From Desulfarculus sp. (GTDB lineage: Bacteria; Desulfobacterota; Desulfarculia; Desulfarculales; Desulfarculaceae): DNA of 64,000 nucleotides. This document shows positions 1 through 8,514 of this stretch, piece by piece. Positions within the stretch are counted from its first letter, which is position 1; the number at the start of each line of letters is the position of its first letter. Location: contig QZKP01000018.1 of NCBI GenBank assembly GCA_003605055.1, forward strand, positions 40,644 to 104,643. Reading direction: 5' to 3'. Made by a program: the position numbers and the translations under genes. Under the pieces are notes generated by a model, which was not told where the DNA came from, made no database searches, and worked only from the letters and a program-made list of their open reading frames with translations.

Positions 1-2
1 GC

Positions 3-848
3 GTGAGCCTCAAGCAGGAGGGCATCTCCTACCTGGCCGGCCAGGAGCTGCCGGCGGTAGTGGCCAACATGATGCGCGGCGGGCCGGGCCTGGGCAACAT
101 TGCGGCCTCGGCGGCGGACTATTTCCAGGCTACCCGCGGCGGCGGCCACGGCGACTACCGCACGCCGGTGCTGGCCCCGGCGGGCTGCCAGGAGTTGGCC
201 GAGCTGACCTTCCTGGCCTTTGACCTGGCGGACAAGTACCGTACGCCGGTGATGCTCCTGGGCGACGGCCTGATCGGGCAGGTGATGGAGCCGGTGGTGT
301 TCCCCGACCCCATCGACCCGGCCGACCTGCCGCCCAAGGACTACATCCTCGACGGCTGCGCCGGACGCGCACCGCGGGCCATCTTCTCCATGCTCCTGGG
401 GCAGCAGGGCGAGCTGTACAAGCACAACCTGCACCTGCAGGAGAAATACGAACAGATCACGGCCGACGAGCAGCGCTGGGAAGAGAACCTGACCGAGGAC
501 GCCGACATCATCGCCGTGGCCTACGGCACCGCCTCGCGCATCGCCATGTCCGCGGTGGAGGAGCTGCGCGCCGAGGGCGTCAAGGCCGGGCTGTTCCGGC
601 CCATCACCCTCTGGCCCTACCCCAAGCAGGCCCTGCGCAAGCTGGCCCAGGGCGGGGTCAAGGTGGCGGTGTTCGAGCTCAGCGCCGGCCAGATGGTGGA
701 GGACGTGATGCTCTCGGTGGGCGAGCGGGCCGAGATCCATTTTTATGGCATACCCGGCGGGGTGATCCCCACCCCGGCCGACGTGATTGACTTCCTGCGT
801 TCGGCCCTGAAGGGCGACGGCAAGGTGGGCCGGAGGGTTGAGATATGA
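3..848 (+). CDS. 2-oxoacid:ferredoxin oxidoreductase, alpha subunit (C-terminal part, 5' end cut by window edge)
   Basis: ORF runs in from the window start. The translation looks like the KorA/PorA domain II-III region (GGGHGDY, LLGDGLIGQ). Its stop overlaps the start of the beta subunit at 845. Confidence 0.85.
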   Translation: MSLKQEGISYLAGQELPAVVANMMRGGPGLGNIAASAADYFQATRGGGHGDYRTPVLAPAGCQELAELTFLAFDLADKYRTPVMLLGDGLIGQVMEPVVFPDPIDPADLPPKDYILDGCAGRAPRAIFSMLLGQQGELYKHNLHLQEKYEQITADEQRWEENLTEDADIIAVAYGTASRIAMSAVEELRAEGVKAGLFRPITLWPYPKQALRKLAQGGVKVAVFELSAGQMVEDVMLSVGERAEIHFYGIPGGVIPTPADVIDFLRSALKGDGKVGRRVEI

Positions 849-1612
849 GTGCTCCAGCCGCTGAGAAGATTTTTGGCCGCCCCGAGTCCCTCAAGGACGT
901 GGCCACCCACTACTGCCCGGGCTGCGGCCACTCGGTGGCCCACCGCCTGGTGGCCGAGTGCCTGGATGAGATGGGACTCCGGGAGAAGACCATCGGCGTG
1001 CCGCCCGTGGGCTGCGCGGTGCTGGCCTACAATTACTTCAACTTCGACATGGTGGAGGCGCCCCACGGCCGGGCCCTGGCCGTGGCCACGGGCATCAAGC
1101 GCGTCCGCCCGGACAGCTTCGTGCTCACCTACCAGGGCGACGGCGACCTGGCGGCCATCGGCACCGCCGAGACCATCCACGCCGCCAATCGGGGCGAGCT
1201 GATCTCCTGCATCTTCATCAACAACGCCATCTACGGCATGACCGGCGGGCAGATGGCGCCCACCACCATCATCGGCGAAGTGACCACCACCACCCCCGGC
1301 GGCCGCGAGGCCAAGGCCCACGGCAGCCCCATTGACATCTCGCGCATGCTGGCGGTCTGCGAGGGCGCGGTGTACATCGAGCGCTGCACCCTGAACTCCT
1401 TCAAGGGCATCAAGCAGGCCAAGAAGGCCATCCGCAAGTGTTTTCAGGTGCAGGTGGACGGCCTGGGCTTCGGCCTGGTGGAGCTGCTCTCCCCCTGCCC
1501 CACCAACATGAAGATGAGCCCCAAGCAGGCCTGGCAGTGGATCGACAACCAGATGATGAAGACCTATCCCTTGGGCCTGATCAAGGACACCACCGGGTAC
1601 GAGGACAAGTGA
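845..1612 (+). CDS. 2-oxoacid:ferredoxin oxidoreductase, beta (TPP-binding) subunit
   Basis: CPGCGH near the N-terminus and a GDGD...NN thiamine-PP motif (YQGDGDLAAIG...INNAIYGMTGGQ). ATGA overlaps with both neighbours. Confidence 0.9.
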   Translation: MSAPAAEKIFGRPESLKDVATHYCPGCGHSVAHRLVAECLDEMGLREKTIGVPPVGCAVLAYNYFNFDMVEAPHGRALAVATGIKRVRPDSFVLTYQGDGDLAAIGTAETIHAANRGELISCIFINNAIYGMTGGQMAPTTIIGEVTTTTPGGREAKAHGSPIDISRMLAVCEGAVYIERCTLNSFKGIKQAKKAIRKCFQVQVDGLGFGLVELLSPCPTNMKMSPKQAWQWIDNQMMKTYPLGLIKDTTGYEDK

Positions 1613-2154
1613 TGCTGGTGCGCACTCAGTTTGCGGGTTTCGGCGGCCAGGGCGTGCTCCTGATGGGCTACGTGCTCAGCAACGGGGCCATGCTCAAGGG
1701 CCTTAACGTGACTTTTTTCCCCTCCTACGGCGCGGAGATGCGCGGCGGCACCGCCAACTGCATGGTGACCCTGTCGGACAAGAAGATCGCCTCGCCGGTG
1801 GGCAGCCAGGCTGACATCCTGGTGGCCATGAACGGCCCGTCCCTGGACAAGTTCGAGCCCACCGTGGCCAAGGGCGGCCTGATCGTGCTCAACCAGTCCC
1901 TGATCAAGTGGGGGCCCAAGCGCCAGGACGTGGAGGTCTTCTCGGTGCCTCTGGTGGACCTGGCCCGGGAGGCGGGCAGCGAACGGGCGGCCAACATGGT
2001 GATGATCGGCGCGGTCTGCGCCAAGCGCGACCTGCTGCCCCTGGAGGACGTGGTAAAGGGCATGCAGGCGGCCATGAAGGGCAAGGACAAGTTCTTCGCT
2101 CTCAACACCAAGGGCATACAGCGCGGCTTCACCTTCGCCCAGACCGGGAAGTAA
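1612..2154 (+). CDS. 2-oxoacid:ferredoxin oxidoreductase, gamma subunit
   Basis: Internal ATG at 1612 overlaps the beta-subunit stop (gATGa). MLVRTQFAGFGGQGVLLMG...SYGAEMRGG is the typical gamma-subunit N-terminus. The longer ORF from 1438 is Pro/Gly-rich junk. Confidence 0.88.
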   Translation: MLVRTQFAGFGGQGVLLMGYVLSNGAMLKGLNVTFFPSYGAEMRGGTANCMVTLSDKKIASPVGSQADILVAMNGPSLDKFEPTVAKGGLIVLNQSLIKWGPKRQDVEVFSVPLVDLAREAGSERAANMVMIGAVCAKRDLLPLEDVVKGMQAAMKGKDKFFALNTKGIQRGFTFAQTGK

Positions 2155-2192
2155 GCGCCTGCGCGTCCCGCGGGGCCTGCTTGACTGAAAAC

Positions 2193-2229
2193 AAAGGGGG
2201 CCAGCCCATCCGGCCGGCCCCTTTATTTT
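2193..2229. terminator. Bidirectional intrinsic terminator between convergent genes
   Basis: AAA-GGGGCCAGCC-catcc-GGCCGGCCCC-TTTATTTT. A 10-bp stem with one mismatch (2197-2221) is flanked by an A-run and a T-run. It lies between the korC-like stop (2154) and the nitroreductase stop (2261). Confidence 0.75.
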
Positions 2230-2260
2230 GTCAAATGGGCGCGCGCTGCTAAGCCGCCGC

Positions 2261-3085
2261 CTACCACCAGGCCACCTTGGCCTCCTGACGCGGGGGGATG
2301 CGCCGGTACTTGTAGCGCGGATAGCCCAGAAGCATGGCCCCGTGGGGGTCGTTCTCCGGCGGCACGCCCAGGGCCTCGCGCAGCGGCGGGTGGTCAGGCG
2401 CGGCGTGCATCATGTAGCCCAGCCAGCAGGCCCCCAAGCCCAGGGCGCTGGCCGCCAGGTCTAGGTAGGTCATGGCGATGACGCAGTTCTCCCGGGGCAT
2501 GGAGCTTTCCCGCGGGGCGTGGTTGAGCAGCAGGCAGGGCGCGCCGCGCGTGATGCGGTCCTCGCCCCGCTCCCAGGCCGCCACCACCACGTCCAGGCGC
2601 ATGATGCGGGCCCGCTCCTGGCCCTCGGCCAGGGCCGCGCGCATCCAATCCACCACCAGGCCGGCCAGGAAATGCAGGCGCTCCTTGTCCTGCACCACCA
2701 CCCAGTGCACCGGTTGGGAATTGCTGCCGCTGGGGGCGTAGCGGCAGGTGTCCATGAGCCGCGCCATCACCGCCGGCTCCACCGGCTGGTCTTTGTACAC
2801 CCGGATGGAGCGGCGGCCGCGCAGGAGGTGGTCCAGGGACTCGTAGGCCGGCAGGCGGGCGGGCTCCAGGGGAGGGCAATCCTCGGGGCGCACTCCGGCC
2901 ACGGTGACCGCGCTGGCCGGGCACACGGCCAGGCAGTGGCCGCAGCGGATGCACAGCTCAGCCGCCTGGGCGATGGGACGGGGCCAGCGCTCCTCCGGGT
3001 CAAAGGAGATGAGCCGCCGCGGGCACACCGCCGCGCACACGCCGTCCTGCTGGCACTTGTCGTAGTCAAAGATGATGGGGTCCAT
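2261..3085 (-). CDS. Nitroreductase-family protein with N-terminal 2x[4Fe-4S] ferredoxin domain
   Basis: Two CxxCxxCxxxCP-type motifs (CQQDGVCAAVCP, CIRCGHCLAVCP). These are followed by a nitroreductase fold signature (RRSIRVY, PSGSNSQP, ACWLG). Confidence 0.85.
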   Translation of the reverse strand: MDPIIFDYDKCQQDGVCAAVCPRRLISFDPEERWPRPIAQAAELCIRCGHCLAVCPASAVTVAGVRPEDCPPLEPARLPAYESLDHLLRGRRSIRVYKDQPVEPAVMARLMDTCRYAPSGSNSQPVHWVVVQDKERLHFLAGLVVDWMRAALAEGQERARIMRLDVVVAAWERGEDRITRGAPCLLLNHAPRESSMPRENCVIAMTYLDLAASALGLGACWLGYMMHAAPDHPPLREALGVPPENDPHGAMLLGYPRYKYRRIPPRQEAKVAWW

Positions 3086-3140
3086 GCTTTCCTCCCGCTG
3101 CGTTGGTTTCTGGTTGCCGGCCGGCGCCGGGGACCGGCCG

Positions 3141-3599
3141 TCAATCCAGGATAACCGCCTGACCGCAGCGGTGGCAACGGGCGGCGCCGCGCATGAGCGA
3201 CTGCTGGCAGGAGGGGCAGCGGTAGCGGGCCTCCTCAGCCGCCACCCAAGCCTCGGTGCCCAGCTTCCGCCAGGCCTCCACCGCCCGCAGCATCACCTTG
3301 TGGGCCACGGTGTTGGGGAACATGGCGCCCAGGGCCTCTATGTGCCCGCAGGGGAACTCAGCGCACTGGTGGCAGCCCTCATAGCCTCGGCCCTCGGCGC
3401 AGGAGCGGATGGCGCAGCTCTGGCAGTGCTTGTAGCGCACCGAGGAGCGGCAGCCCTGGCAGTTGATCTCCTCGGGCGCGCAGCCGAAGACCTGGGCGAT
3501 GCCCGCCTTGAGGGCTGGGCTGTCCTTTTGGGTGGCGATGTAGGCCCCGCACACCCCGCAGTAGAGCCCGCAAGGGGAGAGCAAGTCGCGGTTGACCAT
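3141..3599 (-). CDS. Cys-rich DUF3795-like protein (function unknown)
   Basis: 152 aa. N-terminal CGLYCGVCGAY plus many CxxC pairs (CQGC, CQSC, CHQC, CPSC, CHRC). This pattern resembles the DUF3795 family from memory. Confidence 0.7.
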   Translation of the reverse strand: MVNRDLLSPCGLYCGVCGAYIATQKDSPALKAGIAQVFGCAPEEINCQGCRSSVRYKHCQSCAIRSCAEGRGYEGCHQCAEFPCGHIEALGAMFPNTVAHKVMLRAVEAWRKLGTEAWVAAEEARYRCPSCQQSLMRGAARCHRCGQAVILD

Positions 3600-3641
3600 G
3601 ACGACTCCTTTTGGCTTGGCTGTTCCTCTGTTGGCGGACGG

Positions 3642-4067
3642 CTAACGCGGCTGCACCGACACCTTGAGCCGCACCTGGCCGTAACCGCCGCAGCCCACCC
3701 CCACGTCCAGGCAGCGCACCTCATGGGCGAAGTGGAAGGCGTTGGGGTCCAGCCCCTCGCTGAGCCGCTCGTTGATCAAGGCCACCGGCACCATGAGCTG
3801 GCTCACCAGGTACACGCACTGGCGCTTGGGGCACAGCTTGCTTATGAGGTTGCCGTCCACGTCCAGCAGGAAGCGGTCGCCGGGTTTGTAGCCGGTGTTG
3901 CATCCGGCCGCCTCCTGCACCTCGGCCAGGATGGAATACCTGGCCGAGGCCTGGGCCATGCGCTCCACGTGCCGCGCCCGGGGGTCCTCCGGCGAAACGC
4001 TGTCCGTTTCCTGCTGGGTGTAGCCCACCCGCTGGGCGAACTTTTGCCAGGCCTCTTTGCGGCTCAT
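3642..4067 (-). CDS. Hypothetical Cys-containing protein (possibly TIGR04076-like)
   Basis: The ATG at 4067 forms an ATGA overlap with the stop of the upstream gene. The C-terminal half has GCNTGYKPGDRF...LCP...C...CLDVGVGCGGYG, reminiscent of TIGR04076. The family call is uncertain. Confidence 0.6.
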   Translation of the reverse strand: MSRKEAWQKFAQRVGYTQQETDSVSPEDPRARHVERMAQASARYSILAEVQEAAGCNTGYKPGDRFLLDVDGNLISKLCPKRQCVYLVSQLMVPVALINERLSEGLDPNAFHFAHEVRCLDVGVGCGGYGQVRLKVSVQPR

Positions 4068-4579
4068 GTCCCTTCCTCCGGCCAGGTTACATGAAAAAGT
4101 ATCTCGCAGGCGCCCTCGCAGGTGGCGCTCCGGCCACTGGTATCCACCCAACCTTTGAGCCCCAGGCCCTCCAGCCAGGCGGTGAAGCGGGTCTGGGCCC
4201 CGCATTGGTGGATCTGGGTGGTGCCGGCCTGGCGCAGGTGGCGGTACAGAAAGCAGTTGGAAGCCCGACCTAGCACGATGCCTCCATCCAGGACCCGGAA
4301 CTCTTGCCGGTGCTCCGGGGGGAAAAACACCTCACCGGCCAGACGCAGGTAGGCGGCCAGCCCCTCGGCGTCGGCGATGCTATCAATTCCGGCCTCCTGC
4401 ATGAGCAGCTTGATCTCGGTGCGGCCGAAGGACTCCACCACCAGCAGGTTGAGCCGGGTGGCCTCGGCAAAGCCCAGCTCCTGGCTGACCTTCAGGAACC
4501 AGCGGCCGTCTTGCAGGAACCAGAGGTCCCGCAGCAGGTTTTCGCGCTGCGGGGCGGTCAGGGGCCGGCTTTTCTTCAT
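4064..4579 (-). CDS. Uncharacterised ~170-aa protein, paralog of 4590-5108 (possibly DUF6125 / ATC-hydrolase-like)
   Basis: LLRDLWFLQDGRWFLKVSQELG aligns with LLLKCWMTHDGMWFLHCLQECG of the neighbour. Same strand, 10-nt gap. Confidence 0.7.
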   Translation of the reverse strand: MKKSRPLTAPQRENLLRDLWFLQDGRWFLKVSQELGFAEATRLNLLVVESFGRTEIKLLMQEAGIDSIADAEGLAAYLRLAGEVFFPPEHRQEFRVLDGGIVLGRASNCFLYRHLRQAGTTQIHQCGAQTRFTAWLEGLGLKGWVDTSGRSATCEGACEILFHVTWPEEGT

Positions 4580-4589
4580 GCGCCTGTCC

Positions 4590-5108
4590 CTACGAGGCCG
4601 CCTGCGGGCTGGGGAAGGAAAATTCGTACTCCCGGAAGCACTGGCCCTGCGCGGGCATCATGCATTGGGTCACCTCGGGCGTCACGCGATATTTGAGCCC
4701 CAGGGCATCAAACCAGCACTGCACCCGGTAAAAGATGCCGCACTGGTACTGGTCCAGCACGCCCAGGCGCTTCATACCGTCGTGGGCGAAGCAGCCCTTC
4801 ATGTCAAAGCGCAGGGTGCCGGTCGGCGTGAAGTGGTATGCAAAGTCCATGAAGTCGCCCTTGGCCACGTTGAACATGCCGTCGGCCAGCTCCCTGAGTC
4901 CCTCCGGCGAATTCGCCGGAGGCAGGCCCAGGGCCTGCACCACCCGCTTGACCTCTATCTGAGCCAGGGAGCGGATGGCGGCCAGGTTGATCCGGTTGGT
5001 TTTTTCAATACCGCACTCCTGCAGACAGTGCAGGAACCACATGCCGTCGTGGGTCATCCAGCACTTGAGCAGGAGTTCCTTGAGCTCAGGCGCATCCAGC
5101 TGTCTCAT
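4590..5108 (-). CDS. Uncharacterised ~170-aa protein, paralog of 4064-4579 (possibly DUF6125 / ATC-hydrolase-like)
   Basis: 172-aa ORF and first gene of the minus-strand run. Shares the W..DG.WF motif with its neighbour. Confidence 0.7.
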   Translation of the reverse strand: MRQLDAPELKELLLKCWMTHDGMWFLHCLQECGIEKTNRINLAAIRSLAQIEVKRVVQALGLPPANSPEGLRELADGMFNVAKGDFMDFAYHFTPTGTLRFDMKGCFAHDGMKRLGVLDQYQCGIFYRVQCWFDALGLKYRVTPEVTQCMMPAQGQCFREYEFSFPSPQAAS

Positions 5109-5278
5109 GGCATACCTCCCCTATGTCTGTCGTGCCTGGGCGCGCTGGAGTCAGGAAGGTGGACGGTCGAAGGCTGAGTGAATCTTCATTCATTATTGGC
5201 ATGATTCCCAGGCCCCGGTCAATCAAAAAAGGGGCGGGATTTCCGGCCGGCAAAGGCCGGGCCAGGGGCCGAGGGTCC

Positions 5279-5878
5279 TCAGCCGGCCGGCTGAGGACTC
5301 CAGTCGTACTCCATGTAGGTCGCGGTCTGTTGGGCGGTCTCCGGGCCCAGCAGGCGGGCCAGCACGTGCAGGGAGGCGTCTATGCCCGCGGAGATGACGG
5401 CCGCGGTGACCACCCGGCCGTTGTCCACCAGCCGCTGCGCCGGCCTCAGCTCGGTGTCCGGGGCCACCTGGGCCAGCAGGTCCAAGGCCCGGTGGTGGGT
5501 GGTAGCGGCCAGGCCCCGCAGCAGACCGGCCTGGGCCAGCAGAAGGGCGCCGGTGCACACCGACAACACCACCTGGCAGCCGGCGGCTACTACTTTGATC
5601 CAGGCGATCAACTCTTGGTTGTGCATCTCTTGCCGGGTGCCCAGGCCGCCGGGGACCACCAGCACCTCGGGCGGGGGGCAATGGGCGAGGTCGTAGGTGG
5701 GGTTGATGCTCAGGCCGTTGCGGGCCAGGACTGGGGTCTTCTGGGCCACGGTGTAGACCTCACACAACCGCTTGGCGTCGTAGGCGCCGCTGACCGCAAA
5801 GACCTCGAAGGGTCCGCAGAAGTCCAGCACCTCCACGTCGTCGAAGATGAGGATGGCGACCTTGCGCAAAGCCCCCAT
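5279..5878 (-). CDS. DJ-1/PfpI (ThiJ) family protein
   Basis: VAILIFDDVEVLDFCGPFEVF, the nucleophile-elbow Cys in LSVCTGALLLA, and a GIDASL region. Confidence 0.85.
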   Translation of the reverse strand: MGALRKVAILIFDDVEVLDFCGPFEVFAVSGAYDAKRLCEVYTVAQKTPVLARNGLSINPTYDLAHCPPPEVLVVPGGLGTRQEMHNQELIAWIKVVAAGCQVVLSVCTGALLLAQAGLLRGLAATTHHRALDLLAQVAPDTELRPAQRLVDNGRVVTAAVISAGIDASLHVLARLLGPETAQQTATYMEYDWSPQPAG

Positions 5879-5894
5879 GCCGCTCCCCCAGCGT

Positions 5895-6251
5895 CTAGTC
5901 GTTGAAGCGCCGTATCGCCACCCGGCCGTCGGGCAGCTTCTCGCCCCGCACCAGCTCCATGTGACGCAGGGCGGCCAGCTCGCGCTTCAAACCGGCCTCA
6001 TCCAGCCCGGCCGCCTGCATCAACTCCGCGGGCAGGGCCCGGCCCTGGTCGTGGATCAGGGCCATGATCTTCTCCTGGGCCGGGTTCAGAGTCTGCTCGG
6101 GCAGGCGGCTGGCGGTGTACACCGCCCAGGGGTCGCAGGCGCGGGCCGGGTTCAAGGCGTCCATGTAGCAGTCGTCGCAAAGGATTTTGCCGGCGAATTC
6201 GTGGATATCCTCTGGCTCCACCGTGGCCTTACAGCTTTCGCAGACGGACAT
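5895..6251 (-). CDS. Small zinc-ribbon plus winged-helix-like protein (hypothetical)
   Basis: 118 aa. CxxC...CxxC at the N-terminus (CESC...CDDC). The C-terminal half looks helix-turn-helix-like. No recognisable named family. Confidence 0.6.
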   Translation of the reverse strand: MSVCESCKATVEPEDIHEFAGKILCDDCYMDALNPARACDPWAVYTASRLPEQTLNPAQEKIMALIHDQGRALPAELMQAAGLDEAGLKRELAALRHMELVRGEKLPDGRVAIRRFND

Positions 6252-6320
6252 GGAGGGATCCTCCGGGTGGGGTGGGTGTCTGTTTAAGACATACTAGCAA
6301 CGGCGGGCCGGGGCAAGCGG

Positions 6321-7556
6321 CTACTTTTTATCCCACACCTGCAGCAGGTAGGTCTTGTTGTCCTCGAACATCTGGGCCTGCTCCTCCACCAATTGCTCGG
6401 CCTCCTCGGAGCTCATGCTCCAACTCTGGCGCACAAAGGAGGCCACCCGGGCGTAGTACAGGGGGGTCACCAGGTCCAGCAGCTTCATGCGGTTCTGGGG
6501 CCAGGCGTGGAACGTGGCGGCCAGTTCGTAGAGTATCTGCACCCAGACCTCGGTGGGCAGGTGGAAGCTCTTTTTGCCCGCCCGGGCCAGTTTCTTGATC
6601 TCGGCGAAGCTTTCCGCGCAGAAAATCTCCTTCCACAGGGCGGAGAATTGGCGGTAGCCCACTTTGAAGTGCCTGAGCAGGCCCTCCAGGTTTACCTTGA
6701 TATCTTCGGGCTCGGTCTTGAGGGGATGCTCGAAGCTGGGCACGCTCACTGAACCCTTGACGGCCTTCCAGTAGCTCTCGTTCTGCTCCATCAAGGTGAA
6801 CAGGGTCCAGATGACCTGGCGGAACATGGGAGCCAGGTGCTGGCCGGGGTCCTTGGCGTCGTGCACCTTCACGCCCAGGTTGGACTGGCAGAGCTTGAAA
6901 CCGCCGGTGATGGCCGAGGTGGTCATCCAGATGTCTATGCCGTAGCGGGAGACCTCGCTCTCCCACACCTCCTGCTCGGCGTAGTGCTTGGCCAGTTTGC
7001 GCGACAGGGCGAAGTCGCCGCCGATGGGTTGGCGGATGCGCTTGCCGTAAAGAGCGCGGGTGAGGTTGTAGACGATGTTGTTGGTGATGGTGCCGTCGTA
7101 TTTGTGGCGCAGGTACACTGGGGCCACGAAGTCGAAGCTGCCCTCCAGCACCGGCTGCAAGAGGTACTGCACCCAGTCGTCGTTGATGCTGCGCAGGTCC
7201 GAGTCCACCATGGCCACCGCCCGCACGTGCAGGCGCTCGGCGGTCTCGAAGATGGAACGCAGGGCGCTGCCCTTGCCGCCCGGGCCCCGGTAGATGGAGA
7301 CGATTTTTTCCTGCCAGGGCTTTATCTCGAACTCCCTGGCCATCTCGCGGGTGTCGTCGGTGGAGCCGCCGTCGGCTACCAGGATCACGGCTCGCAGGTC
7401 CCGGTAGTGCTTGTGCAGGCCGTGGGTGAGCATTTGTATTACGTGGGCTATAGTTCTTTCGTTGTTGTAGCTGGGAATCCCCACCAGGATGTCGGCCCAC
7501 TCAATCTCTTCGATGCGCTTGGCCGTGTAGCCGCGCAGGGCGGTGTTGAACCTCAT
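6321..7556 (-). CDS. GT-A fold glycosyltransferase (family-2-like; layout resembles glycosylglycerate-type synthases)
   Basis: ILVGIPSYNNERTI, ADGGSTDDT, GKGSALR, a DSD acidic motif, QPIGGDFALSR, YGIDIWMTT. The long helical C-terminal domain resembles mannosyl/glucosylglycerate synthases. Substrate is not determinable. Confidence 0.75.
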   Translation of the reverse strand: MRFNTALRGYTAKRIEEIEWADILVGIPSYNNERTIAHVIQMLTHGLHKHYRDLRAVILVADGGSTDDTREMAREFEIKPWQEKIVSIYRGPGGKGSALRSIFETAERLHVRAVAMVDSDLRSINDDWVQYLLQPVLEGSFDFVAPVYLRHKYDGTITNNIVYNLTRALYGKRIRQPIGGDFALSRKLAKHYAEQEVWESEVSRYGIDIWMTTSAITGGFKLCQSNLGVKVHDAKDPGQHLAPMFRQVIWTLFTLMEQNESYWKAVKGSVSVPSFEHPLKTEPEDIKVNLEGLLRHFKVGYRQFSALWKEIFCAESFAEIKKLARAGKKSFHLPTEVWVQILYELAATFHAWPQNRMKLLDLVTPLYYARVASFVRQSWSMSSEEAEQLVEEQAQMFEDNKTYLLQVWDKK

Positions 7557-8473
7557 GCACTCGTCTCCGTCGGTGGCTTGGGGCCCGGTGGGCCGGCCTG
7601 GCCTTCCTCGCGGGCGGGAGGCAGGTCCTTCTTGTAGACCAGGGTGCGGTAGGGGAAGGGTATCTCCACCCCTTCGCGGTCAAAGCGCTTCTTGACCTGC
7701 TCCAACATCCAGAACCGGGCCTGCCAGGCCTCGTCCTGGTCCCGGGTCCAGAGGCCCAAGCGCAGGCCAACGGCGGAATCCTTGAACTCCGCCACCCGGA
7801 CCCAGGGCGGGTCGGCGCTGGCCAGACGGTATGGGCAGCGCTGGGCCTCTTCCAGGATCAGGCGCCGGGCCAGGTCTAGGTCCGTGTCGTAGCTCACCCC
7901 CAGCTCCACCCGGCACAGCATGCGCGGATCCACGATGCTGTAATTGACTATTGTCATGTTGTCTATCTTCTCGTTGGGGATGACCAGGCGCTTGTGCTCC
8001 CAGGTGCGCACGATGGTGTGGCGCAGGGTTATGTCCTCCACGGTGCCGTACTCGTTGTCTAGTTGCACCCGGTCTCCGATGCGGAAGGGCCGGTATATGG
8101 CCAAGGCCACGCCCGAAACCAGGTTGGCCAGGGTGGAGCGGGCGGAGATGCCCACCACCAACGCCAGGATGCCGGCGCTGGCCATCAGGGTGCCCATCAG
8201 GGCCCGCAGGCCGGGCACCAGGCTGGCGTACACCACCAGGGCGCAGAAGTAGACCAGCACACCCTTCAGGCGCATCACCTGACGCAGCATGGTCTCGTCC
8301 ACCTGGTGCCCCAGCCGGCCCATCACCCAGGAGGAGCGCCTGATGATGCGGGTCAGGAGCGCGGAGGCGATCCAGGCGCAGAGGAGCATGGCCATTGCCA
8401 ACACCGTGGCGCCCAGGTAGCTGTTGGGGTCCACGAACTGCTGCAAGGATATGTCGGGCCAGGTCACGGGCAT
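7553..8473 (-). CDS. Mechanosensitive ion channel family protein (MscS-like)
   Basis: TM helices followed by LANLVSGVALAIYRPFRIGDRV...GTVEDITLRHT. This is the typical MscS pore helix plus beta-domain. The stop overlaps the GT start at 7553-7556. Confidence 0.88.
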   Translation of the reverse strand: MPVTWPDISLQQFVDPNSYLGATVLAMAMLLCAWIASALLTRIIRRSSWVMGRLGHQVDETMLRQVMRLKGVLVYFCALVVYASLVPGLRALMGTLMASAGILALVVGISARSTLANLVSGVALAIYRPFRIGDRVQLDNEYGTVEDITLRHTIVRTWEHKRLVIPNEKIDNMTIVNYSIVDPRMLCRVELGVSYDTDLDLARRLILEEAQRCPYRLASADPPWVRVAEFKDSAVGLRLGLWTRDQDEAWQARFWMLEQVKKRFDREGVEIPFPYRTLVYKKDLPPAREEGQAGPPGPKPPTETSA

Positions 8474-8514
8474 TCTCGCTGGTCTTTGCTCCTAGTTCGG
8501 CCTGAATGCGTCTT

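Noticed and set aside
5225-5262. Intrinsic terminator after the DJ-1/PfpI gene (minus strand)
   Set aside because: A CCGGCC/GGCCGG stem exists, but the T-run (complement of the A-run at 5225-5230) is separated from it by ~13 nt. The stem is short. The signal is too weak to report as a feature.
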